Origin: Vitrella brassicaformis CCMP3155 | Lineage: Eukaryota > Protista > Chromerida | Assembly: GCA_001179505.1 (NCBI GenBank) | Contig: CDMY01000663.1 | Coordinates: 1 to 34,647 of the forward strand | Direction of reading: 5' to 3' | Length of the DNA: 34,647 nucleotides | Shown here: piece by piece, positions 23,246 through 33,575 of the stretch | How positions within the stretch are numbered: position 1 is the stretch's first letter | Layout: each line of letters begins with the position of its first letter | Made by a program: the position numbers and the translations under genes | The notes under the pieces: model-generated | Told to the model about the DNA's origin: nothing | Database searches by the model: none | The model's input: only the letters and a program-made list of their open reading frames with translations

Positions 23246-24805
23246 TCAATAAAGGGGCGGGTCGATTCGCAGGACATAGAGCGAGGCCTCATCCAGCTGT
23301 CCCGTCATGGGCAGCACCGTGGCCACCAGCCGCCCCTCCTCGTCAGCAGTCACGGCGAAATCGTCGTCGTTGATCACCCCCAGCAGGTCTGCCGAGATGA
23401 CCCACAGCCCCTCCGTCTTGTCGTGCGGGTAGCTCGACCCACTGGCCGCCACCTCAACAACAATATCCGCCACGAGCGTCTTGCTTACAGGGGCGATCCC
23501 GAAAGCTCTCAATTCCTCCCACGTGTGCTCCTCAAGAGTGCGATTGTTGACCATCAGCCCGTCGAGGGAGTCGAAGTTCATGCCAGACACGTTGGTGGCC
23601 CCGGATATGTCGACCTTGTACAGGTGCTTCTGCGCCTGCTGCTGGGAGCCGGTATCGCTCGTGGGGAATTCTCCATCGCGCTCGACGACAAGGAAGGTCG
23701 TGTCGGTGAGTGCGGCGATCTCGCTGTTGGCGTTCCAGTCCTTCTGTTGGTGGTAGAGGAACTGCTGCGTGTGGCCCGAGTCGATGCCGAAGGTGAGGAT
23801 GCGGGTGAGGGTGGGGTTCATGACGGCGGCTTTGCTGGGGTTGTACAGGGTCGACTGCATGATGCCCACCAGAGTGTTGGTCGACGGCGTCAAGGCGAGA
23901 CCTTCCATTCCTCTGTTGGGCCGGCGACGCTCGAAGACTGTCGACAAGAGAGAGTAAGGCATTCATTCATCAATGACATGAATATGATAGATCAGCCAGC
24001 TCCCATGCCCACCTGCAGGTATCTTCCTGTCGCCGCTGTCGGCATTCACACCCATCGGCGACACCCTCTCGACCTCCGTCCCATTGGCGTCGAAGTGCAC
24101 TATATGCGGGCCATACTCATCGCTGACCCAAAAGGACACACCCCCGTCCTCTCCTTCAACAGCCACCAGCCCCTCCGCATCTAGGCCATATGCATCAGTG
24201 GGCAGCACCGTCGACCCGTCGGCTGAGTACGGCACCTCTCCCGTCGTGCCCTCGCCGGGGCCGTTGGGCAGGCCCGTGATGGGCTCGCCCTGGGGGTTCT
24301 TGAGCTCAATGGTGGACACCAGCTCCACTGACGGGGCTGTGGCGTTGTCTTCACTGACCATGACGCGGAAGAGGCCAATCGTGGGTGTGAAGGAGGGGAA
24401 GGGGAACGACTTGCCCTCTCCTTCAGGCCCTTTGAAATTCGCATTCGGGCCCTGCTCTCACAGACAGACAGACAAACAGACAGACCAAACACAACCTCAG
24501 TATCACCTATCCATCCATTCGATGAAAGGTCCGTCCTCCTCTCGTGTCCGGCCTGCCTCTCCCCGCCTCACCCTGTCAGTCAGCGCATAGAAATGGAAGG
24601 GAAGCGACGGATGCGCAACGGCAGCACTCCCAAAACCGCCATGCCGCACCTCAACCCCTCCCTCGATTTCACCAAGCACAGTGAACGGCAAAGCGGCCCC
24701 CATGACGGAGGCGAGAGAGTCATTGGTGGAGAGCACCTGGCACCTCGTGTGCAGAGCGCTCTGGAGGCACCAGCACAGCAGCAGCGTCAGCGCGTTGGGC
24801 CGCAT
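23246..24805 (-). CDS. Secreted 'esterase-like activity of phytase' family (phytase-like beta-propeller) protein; exons 24805-24572, 24451-24013, 23937-23246
   Basis: Motifs GGFGSA, YALTDR|GPN, LDAEG, FWVSDEYGP, RRPNRGMEGLA, YPHDKTEG and NDDDF are typical of this mainly bacterial family. N-terminal hydrophobic leader MRPNALTLLLCWCLQSA. Introns are in phase. Confidence 0.82.
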
Positions 24806-25042
24806 GCCGGTGATTCAAAGATCCGAATCAGAGGAATGAATGTAAGGGCTGAAAGGCAATAGATCTGGGTCTGTTGGGGTCTGCTGAGGAGATAGATGGG
24901 CCAGACCAAAGAATTTCCCTCCAGGCGTTCTCAGCCTGCGAGCTTCAAAGTGAGGAGCGTCAAGGGAAAGGAGGGACAGCTGTAGGGCGGCGAGAGAGGC
25001 GAGCTCCGACTACTGAGTTTTATAGCCTGCGAGAAAGGCATC
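24806..25042. promoter_or_regulatory. Bidirectional promoter between the phytase-like gene (-) and Fe-SOD (+)
   Basis: 237 bp lie between the divergent ATGs. TGCGAGCTTCAAA at 24937-24949. Confidence 0.5.
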
Positions 25043-26143
25043 ATGGTGAGCGACGGCTGAAGTGATTGACATGAAGGTCCTGGATTGTATTAGATGCTAT
25101 CCCTGTGCTGTCTTGGTTGTATGTGTGCATCCCTTCAGTTCCGCCGGTCGGCCGCCCGCTTGGCGTTCAAGTTGCCTGATCTGCCGTACAAGCTCGACGC
25201 ACTGCAGCCGCACATCAGCGCAGAGACCCTCTCATACCACCACGGTCGGTGGATGGATGAGGCGACGAGTGCATGAACCGCCCACAGCAACGAAGCACTT
25301 GCCTGCATGGCTCATGGATGGATGGATGGATGTCTTCGTGTGTGCGTGCGTGTCTGTCGTCCAGGCAAGCACCATGCGGCGTACGTCAACAAGCTGAATC
25401 AGCTGATAGAGGGCCGGCCCGCCCTGGCCTCCAAGACGCTCGAGGAGATCATCAAGGGAGAAGACGGCATCGTCTTCAACCAAGCGGCACAGGCAGGCAA
25501 ACCAAACAACACTCACCACACATCCCTGTGCGTGTGCATCGCATCGTGTGCACCTAACTTCTATATGTCAGATATGGAACCACACCTTCTACTGGTCGTG
25601 CATGAAGCCGGGCGGCGGCGGTCTGCCCACCGGAGCCGTCAAGGACAAGATCGACGCGGCCTTCGGCTCCTTCGACGCCTTCAAGGAGCAGTTCTCCACC
25701 GCTGCCGCCGGCCACTTCGGCTCGGGGTGGGCCTGGCTCGTGGCGGGAGACGACGGCAAACTCAAAATCGTCGGCGGTCACGACGCCATGAACCCTATGA
25801 AAGGTGTGAGCGAGAGGGAAGGGAAGGGAAGCGGCGAGAGGCATCAGGAACATGTGTGTGTGTTGTCCATGTCTGCGTGTCTGTGGGTGCGCGAGCAGAC
25901 GGGAGCGGCAAGGCGATCTTGACGTGTGACGTGTGGGAGCATGCCTACTACGTCGACTACCGGAACGAGCGGCCAAAATACGTTGCCGGTGAGTCGATCG
26001 ACCGACACAACCGACACAATCGCAACACAGACAAATGAACGGCGCCTCCTCTCCTCACCTGTTGCCTGTCATCCATCATCTGGCCAGCGTGGTGGAACCT
26101 GGTCAACTGGGACTTTGCCAACGCCAACCTCGCCGCCCAATAG
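25043..26143 (+). CDS. SOD: Iron superoxide dismutase, probably mitochondrial; exons 25043-25045, 25139-25244, 25365-25492, 25572-25803, 25899-25988, 26088-26143
   Basis: Contains [33 protein letters not shown]|[18 protein letters not shown] and [11 protein letters not shown] together with FGSGW is the Fe-type signature. The short Arg-rich N-terminus [10 protein letters not shown] resembles a presequence. Confidence 0.93.
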
Positions 26144-27719
26144 ATAGACAAGAAAAGCGCGACACCCCCGTAGGTAGCGGCGAAGTGCTCACTGGCCGCC
26201 ATTTTGCTGTGCCGCAGCGAGTGGCTGGCTGGGAGGGACAGAGACGTACGTAGAACAGCGAGCGGGGGATGAGGAGTGGTGCTGCATCAATCAAACAAAG
26301 AGTGCCGTTTTTCGTCAATGGCACTCACTAGCAGATTGTGTGTCAAGTAGCGAGAGAGAAGTGCTTGTGCATGTCTACTCGTCCGTCTGTGAAAGCTTTT
26401 CGTGTGCGCGGTGGTGGTGGACGATGACGACTTATGCAGACACAATGTACCGGTTTGACTGACTCGATTCCAACGAGCGACCAAGGAGAGTCAAAGTTGC
26501 ATATGGTGAAGGTGGGAGGCGAGAGAGTCCACGGGTGAGGAGAGAGAGGTCCCCATTTCGCCACACACATCACATCACATCGCATCACATCACATGACAT
26601 TACATCAGACGACATGACATGACACCCACGTCGTGTGTGTATGTAGGTGCCCAGGCTACACACCTACGCACAGCACACCAGCAGCCACACACGCAAGCAA
26701 TATGGGCGGACGGATGGATGGCCATGTTTTGATGGACAGATAGATAAGGTAGGTGGATAGACAGAAAGGAGGGGAGGGCAAGGAAAGGCATACATGATAT
26801 GATGGGGCTGGGCTGCCAACGCCCCATTGGCAGGGCAGCCCCATCCATACCGAACAAGAGAGAGAGAGACAAATAGGTTCGTATGTACAGGCAGGCAGGT
26901 AGGCAGGCAGGCAGGCACGAGTTAGCGGCATGGCCAGCCTGCTGACTACTTCTAGTATCCTCCTCACCGGGGCTGAATGAATGCATGGCTGTATCGATCG
27001 CTTCCTGGCCTAGGCATCGCAGCCGCGATGGAGAGAAACATCTCGCTAGTTCCCTCATTACATTACGCACCACCGTCGGTAAAGAAACGATTGACACACT
27101 CATCAACCGTCTCCATCCTGATCGACCGATCCCTATCCGCAAAGAGAGTGCCAAGCATCGGTTTCTCCGCGAAGGTCACCCGAACCAATCGTACTTGCAC
27201 CTCGAGCCGTCATGGGGCACAGAGCGCGAGTACGAGGCGATCGAGCGACCAAAGCAGGGAGACCAACACTACGGCCGGCCGCTATCACATGCGCTGTCTG
27301 TTCTCCATTCGACCACCCTGAGCTACACTACGTCAGCCAGTATGTGTGTAGAGAGAGAGGAGCGAGGGGAGGGGAGGGGAGGCACACAGCAAGTGTCTCG
27401 CTCAGAAGTGACTGCACATTGAGACACATGCCACGCCATGCTGGTGTTGTGCTACGCTACGCCCTGGTTTTCGTCACTAAGGGAGGGAAAAGAAGAAAAG
27501 ACCCGCCCACCAGACAGACAGACAGACAGACCCACCTGCCGACCCGGCCCCTTTCAGGGACTCATCACCATCAATCGTCATCGGTAGCTACTTCACACGA
27601 CAGCTGCCCGCTTACCCACCCACCTGGCTCATCGCACCTCACCTGGCTACGGCACAGACAGCTAAGACGCCCCTCCCTCCCCTGCTTCCCTCCCTCCCTT
27701 GTGTGAGTGAGTGAGTCAG

Positions 27720-29935
27720 TCAGCCCATGTACCCGTGCTGCATGGGGCTGTAGCTAATGCCGCCGTAGGGCCCCATGCCGCCCATACCCATGCCCCCCCT
27801 GCCCCTCCCGCCCCTCATCCCGCCCCGCATACGTATCCCGCCCCGCATGCCACCGCCCCTCTGGTCGAATGCGCGGCGGATGCCGCCGCCCCTTGCGAGT
27901 GGGTTGATGGCGTTGATCTTGGTTTGCAGGTCGAGGGCACCGGTGCGGTCGTAGACGTAGGGGAGGAAGAGGTCGATGGAGCGGCCGCGGTCGGGGTGGC
28001 CCATGTCTACCGACGACAGGTCGGGGTAACCCACACCGGGACCAACCTGATCAATGAATGTCATTTGGGTGAGGTGATGCGAAGGAAGGAAAGAGATGCA
28101 TTAGGTGGTGTGGTGTGGTATGGTGAGGAGATGAGAGGTGTTGTGTTGTGGGTACCTACCTGCACGTCGTTGCCCTTGTTGGTGACCTCAGCGAAGTACA
28201 TGGCGGCCTGAAGCCCCTCCTGCTCGGTGCGTTTGGGTTTGAGGAGGAAGTTGTGTCGCTGGCTCTGGTTGTCCTCGAGGAGGATGGCGGGCTCGTACAT
28301 CTGCCGCCGCTGCACCGACGTCAGCGCCATGCCGTCCATGAACTCCACCTCAACCTCGCGCGTGCGGGGGTTCCAACGAGACGCAAACTGACCTGGTGGA
28401 GTGCAGTGCAGTGCAGTGTCAGCCAGACAAGACACACACATCAGATGGATGTGCTGTGGTAGTGGTGTGTGGGATGGTGTAAGCAAGTGTGTGTCTGGCT
28501 GGTACCAGGGTGGTTGATATGGGCGATCTGTGCGCCCCGCAGTATCTCGAACACCTTGTTGTTGAGCATCAGCAGGTCGTAGTTGCCGTGGATGTCCTCC
28601 GTCGGCGCGCTGATGCCTGCCAGGCACCATACCGACACACCACACACACCAACATCGGGGTAGGTGGTGGCTGCTGTCAGTCAGTGTGCGTCTGTCTGTG
28701 TGTGTCTGTCTGTGTCTGTGTCTGTGTGTGTCTGTGTGTATGCCCCGCCCCCCCCCCCCCCCCCNNNNNNNNNNNNNNNNNNNNNNNNNNNNNNNNNNNN
28801 NNNNNNNNNNNNNNNNNNNNNNNNNNNNNNNNNNNNNNNNNNNNNNNNNNNNNNNNNNNNNNNNNNNNNNNNNNNNNNNNNNNNNNNNNNNNNNNNNNNN
28901 NNNNNNNNNNNNNNNNNNNNNNNNNNNNNNNNNNNNNNNNNNNNNNNNNNNNNNNNNNNNNNNNNNNNNNNNNNNNNNNNNNNNNNNNNNNNNNNNNNNN
29001 NNNNNNNNNNNNNNNNNNNNNNNNNNNNNNNNNNNNNNNNNNNNNNNNNNNNNNNNNNNNNNNNCCCCGCCCTGACCCTGTAGCTTGACGCGGCTTCTGT
29101 TGATGTCCTTCTGCACAGCGTTCACGCGGTTGTGCACGTGCTGAACCGCCATGGTGGTCGTCCCTGCACACACACATCAACATCAGGCAGTCAGTCAGCA
29201 ACACACGGCCGTCGCGTCATGTGCTGTGTGGTGCGCGCGGATGCCGTCCGTCCAACCTCGCTCGCCCACTGACCCGACCTAACCTGCGACTTTTCTCAGG
29301 TCGACCTCGAGCTTCTGCCGCTCCTCGGCTATCTCGGCTAACAACTGAGACCGCATGCACACACTCGTGAGGGAGTTGGCGGGTCTGTCTGTCTGTGCTG
29401 TGCCGAGTGTGTCATGCGTGCGTCAGCGTGTCAGTCAGTCAGCGCAGCGTACCTGCCCCACGCCGTCCTCGAGTCCCTCTGTGATGGCGCTCGCGATGTC
29501 CTGCAGCACCTCCATCAACTCGGGCGACAACGTACTGAATTTTTGCTGCAGTGCAGCCATCAAACCCATCCATCCATCCAGAGAGGTACTCATCCCTCCC
29601 TTGATCTCTCTGACCTTGAGCAGCTTGAGCTTGGTGGCCACGCTCTCGTCCACACACTGTTTGACGCGCTGCCACTCCTGCTTCGTCTTGTCGCTACCAC
29701 CGCCGCCACCGCTCCCCGCCACACTCCCGCCAGCTGCACCACGGTCGCCGCCCGCTGCTGCCGTGTGCATGGCGGCACTGCTGCCCCCTCCACCTCCGCC
29801 ATTGCTGTCGACGCCATTTGGGATGGGCTGTGAGGCTGTGGAGGCATTTCGCGGCCCGTTGGCCGCAGGTGCCTGCGGATCTGAGCTGTTGCGCTCGGCG
29901 ACGCTCGTGGCTTGGTCCTCCGCAGCAGTCGACAT
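27720..29935 (-). CDS. Hypothetical protein: Gly/Ala-rich N-terminus, coiled coil, unknown globular domain, C-terminal RGG/GM-rich tail; about 8 exons, one intron spanning the 28765-29064 gap
   Basis: Phase-consistent exons: MSTAAEDQ..KLKLLK | QKFSTLSPELMEVLQ..GVGQ | LLAEIAEERQKLEVDLRKVA | GTTTMAVQ..KLQ | GISAPTEDIHG..HP | GQFASRWNP..NDVQ | VGPG..RGGGMRGGIRMRGGMRGGRGRGGMGMGG..stop. Start codon is uncertain. Confidence 0.7.
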
Positions 29936-30115
29936 GCGAAAGGGGCAGATAGAGAGCGGACACTCCCCAAGTGCGAGCTTAGCTTCAAACGGTCGAGCCG
30001 TTGCTAGGCTGACCTTTTCCATCCACAACAACGCCATCGCAGCAATCGCCATCGCAAGCAGCCAAGCTGGCCGGTCGGTGCCGGCCCCTCCCGCGCCCCA
30101 GCGAGGCTCCGTTCG
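29936..30115. promoter_or_regulatory. Bidirectional promoter between the RGG protein gene (-) and the CCCH zinc-finger gene (+)
   Basis: 180 bp lie between the putative ATGs. TGCGAGCT at 29972-29979 and GCTTCAAA at 29982-29989. Confidence 0.45.
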
Positions 30116-32370
30116 ATGCGCTCCTTCCGGGCTGCAAAGGAATGGAGTCACGAGCCCTGTGCCAATGCCAGCAGCAGCAGCAACAGCAACAGCACGGCCA
30201 GCAGCAGGGCCGTCAGCGTCGGCGAGAGCAAGAGCAGCGCGGTGGTGGTGTCCGTGACTGACCGGCAGGAGGGCTCTGGGGCGGCACAAGACGCCAGCAA
30301 CCAGAGGCAGACGAGGAGCAACGAACAGGTAGGCAGCACACACACTGCACTGATGGACAGACAGACAGACAGACAGACAGGCAAACAGGCAGACAGGCAG
30401 GGTGAGCTCTCAGCTCTGTCTTCATCATTTTATCCCGTGTGTCCACCCGCAGCACTCGCCTCTGTCCAACACGTCCACCCGCAGCACCCGCACCTTCGAC
30501 CCCCCCACCCCGCCCCCGCCCCTCTCCCCTCGCACACTCTCACCCGCCATCCCCCCACCACCAGGATTCGAACCACATATACAGCAGCACCACCCCATCG
30601 CACGGACGAACAGCAACGGCATTGGCAGTGGCAACAATGGCTGCGGGTCTGGTTATGGTGGTGACGGCAGTGGGCGTGACGATCCGTTGGGTGTGACTCC
30701 CGGTATCGAGGGGGCCCGGCGTGAGAGTGGCTCGTCTGAGAGGGAGGGGGGCAGGAGGGGCGACGCTGTCGAGGAGGGGACGAGCTCGAGCGAGGAGGGG
30801 GGCGATGACGACATTGATAAGGTCGGTCGGTGAGGTGATAGACAGACAGACAACGGAACTCTCTAAGTACGCGTGTATGTGTGGCGGATGCGATACAGCT
30901 TGCGATGGCGGCATCTCTGCCGCACGGGACGGCTGTGGACCGCCTGACTCCCGAGCTGCTGCAGCGCATCCCCCGGGGCCCTGACGGGGAGCTCCTCAGC
31001 ATCGGCAGCATCCCACACGAGTCGGGCGGATGCAAACCCTGCGCCTTCGTCCACACCAAGGGCTGCAGGAACGGAGCCAAGTGCCTATTCTGTAAGACAT
31101 TCTCATACATGTCGAGTCGACGGACAGACATATGGTTGGTTACTGACGCGTGTGTGTTGTGTGTGCTGTGTCTGTCGACCAGGCCACCACGTGCACCCGA
31201 AGAAGAAGAAGGCCCGGCCGTGCAAGGCCAAGCGGGAAGCCGCCAGGGAGCACGCCAGGCTGCAGCTACTGGTCAGTCCAGTCAACTAACCAAACCGACC
31301 AGACAGGCACACAACACCCACACACATACACAGACAGACAGACAGACACGCAGTGCAGTTTCTCTCATTGATCCCTCCCGTCCTTTCCTTTTGCTGCGTG
31401 TTGCTTGTGTCTTGATGAGCAGGAGCAGCTGGAGCTGACCCGGCTGGTGACGCTGTTGAGCCTGTCGTCCAACACTTCCTCCTCATGCACCACCAGCAGC
31501 CCCCCCTCCTCGTCCGCGTCGGCATCACCCACTCCTACCCCTACCCCTACCCCTACACCCACCCCCACGCGGCCACCACACAAAACCATATCAGCCGACA
31601 CTGCTGCTGCTGGCGGTGTCGCTGGTGCTGGTGGTGGTGCTGGTGGTCACACACATGCGGCACCGTCCGACCCGCCCCCCTCCCTGTTGCTGCCGCAGCT
31701 GGACGGCCCCGCTCCCTCCACCGAGTCGCCCAAGCTCCCCCCGCCCTCAAACGCGTCCACATCGTCGGTGTCGCCGCAGACTATCCACAGAGACGATGGG
31801 GGCCTGCCGCTGCTGCCGTGGTCGCCCCTCACCGGCTGGGAACCGACCACACACATGGCCGGCCTCCGGATACCCCATCCCCCCCACCACCCTCACGCTC
31901 CCCCTTCATACCTCCTGCGCAAGGACGACCACCACCACCACCACCCACAGAGCGTCAGGCAGCATCCATCTGCTCAGGTGGTTGTGCCGCCCGTGGCACC
32001 ACCATCGCCGGTGCCGGTGCCAGTGAGGGAGGGGAGGGATGAGGAGGCATCGGTGAGCCACAGCCCGCTGCTGTCGGACTACGACATCTGGGGGCCCCCG
32101 CCCTGCTGTCGGAGCGTGTCACGGATGGGGGCGGGGGCGGTGTCTGGGGGCACTGGCGGCAGCCTGTGGGACGGCAACGGCCATGGGGGTGGTGGGGCAG
32201 AGGACGATGCGGGTGAGCGTGGCGATGGCGATGGGGATGTTGCTGGCGAAGGCCCCCAGCTGGCCAAGAGGTTTTCGCATTTCCAGATGTTTTCTCCTGA
32301 CTTCCCTGACATACTGGCCAACGGGGGGGAGGGCAGCGGCCACACGCGGGGGTTCATCGGCGGGCAGTGA
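30116..32370 (+). CDS. CCCH (C3H1)-type zinc-finger protein with long low-complexity regions; exons 30116-30328, 30453-30821, 30899-31091, 31183-31271, 31423-32370
   Basis: Spliced motif LSIGSIPHESGGCKPCAFVHTKGCRNGAKCLF|CHHVHPKKKKARPCKAKR. All junctions are in phase. The flanks are Ser/Pro/His-rich. Confidence 0.72.
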
Positions 32371-33500
32371 GTGGGGTGGGAATGTGGCCGCATGTGTGTG
32401 TGTGTCATGACACAGAGAGGGGAGGGGAGCGTGGAGACGCGGGGAGGAGAGAGGAGCCTATTTAAACATACGTGCATTGGTGTTGGTCGGTCTCTCTCTC
32501 TCTCACTCCCACTCCTCTGTTGGTGTGGGTCACAAGTGTTGCTGCTCTGTCTGTCTGTCTGTCTGCTGGTGAGGTGTTGTTGTGTTGATAGATACTATGT
32601 CCCATTCTCTTCCATTCCATACTCTCACTGGCTCACTCACTCACTGGCTGGCTCGTGCCGTGGAGACTTGACGAATTAACGAACGAGTGAAGCTGATCTG
32701 GTTTGTGCTGCCCGTCGCTTGGTTGGTCGGTTGGTTGCTGCGAGCAAGGAAGGCAAGCTTGAACATTCAACGAAGGAAGAAAGGATCTGTTTTGGCATCA
32801 ACGAATGAATAGACTGGATGGACGGATGGATGGATGGATGGCTCGGTAGGTGGTCCGTATCTATCGCACGGGTGCAGGCAGTTTTTGCCGTCTGTCTGTC
32901 GCAGGGGGGGGGGNNNNNNNNNNNNNNNNNNNNNNNNNNNNNNNNNNNNNNNNNNNNNNNNNNNNNNNNNNNNNNNNNNNNNNNNNNNNNNNNNNNNNNN
33001 NNNNNNNNNNNNNNNNNNNNNNNNNNNNNNNNNNNNNNNNNNNNNNNNNNNNNNNNNNNNNNNNNNNNNNNNNNNNNNNNNNNNNNNNNNNNNNNNNNNN
33101 NNNNNNNNNNNNNNNNNNNNNNNNNNNNNNNNNNNNNNNNNNNNNNNNNNNNNNNNNNNNNNNNNNNNNNNNNNNNNNNNNNNNNNNNNNNNNNNNNNNN
33201 NNNNNNNNNNNNNGGAGAGCGAGAGGTTTTCGGTGGTGTCTGTCTGTTGATTGCCCGTGATTATTTAAACCTCTTGTTGTGTTGCGTTGCGTTGCGTTGC
33301 GTTGCTTTCGTGTGTGTTAGTTGAGTCGCATGGCGTGAGTGATTGACGACTTGGTGGCTTGGTGGCTTGATGGCTTGATGGTAATTCGATCAAGGAAACA
33401 AACCAAACCAACAGACCAGCCAGCCAGCCAGTCAGGCGGTGTCGTATCGTTCTCTTTCTTTGGCTATCTCTCTCCATGCTCCTCGCTCTCTCGCTCCCTC

Positions 33501-33575
33501 TTTGCCTTTGCCTTTGCCTCTGCCTCTGCCTCTGCCTCTGCCTCTGCCTCCCTCTCTCTCTCTGTCTCTCTCTGT
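33501..33575. repeat. Compound microsatellite (TTGCCT)n-(CTGCCT)n-(CT)n
   Basis: Directly visible tandem hexamers followed by CT dinucleotides. Confidence 0.85.

Noticed and set aside
29546-29614. In-frame read-through segment VREIKGGMSTSLDGWMGLMAALQ as coding
   Set aside because: It has a GT donor (29614), GGAT repeats and a CAG acceptor (29546), so it is most likely a 69-nt intron that happens to lack a stop.
31535-31567. (CCCTAC)n as an interstitial telomere-like repeat
   Set aside because: It lies in frame within the CCCH gene's last exon, encodes PTPTPTPT, and is short.
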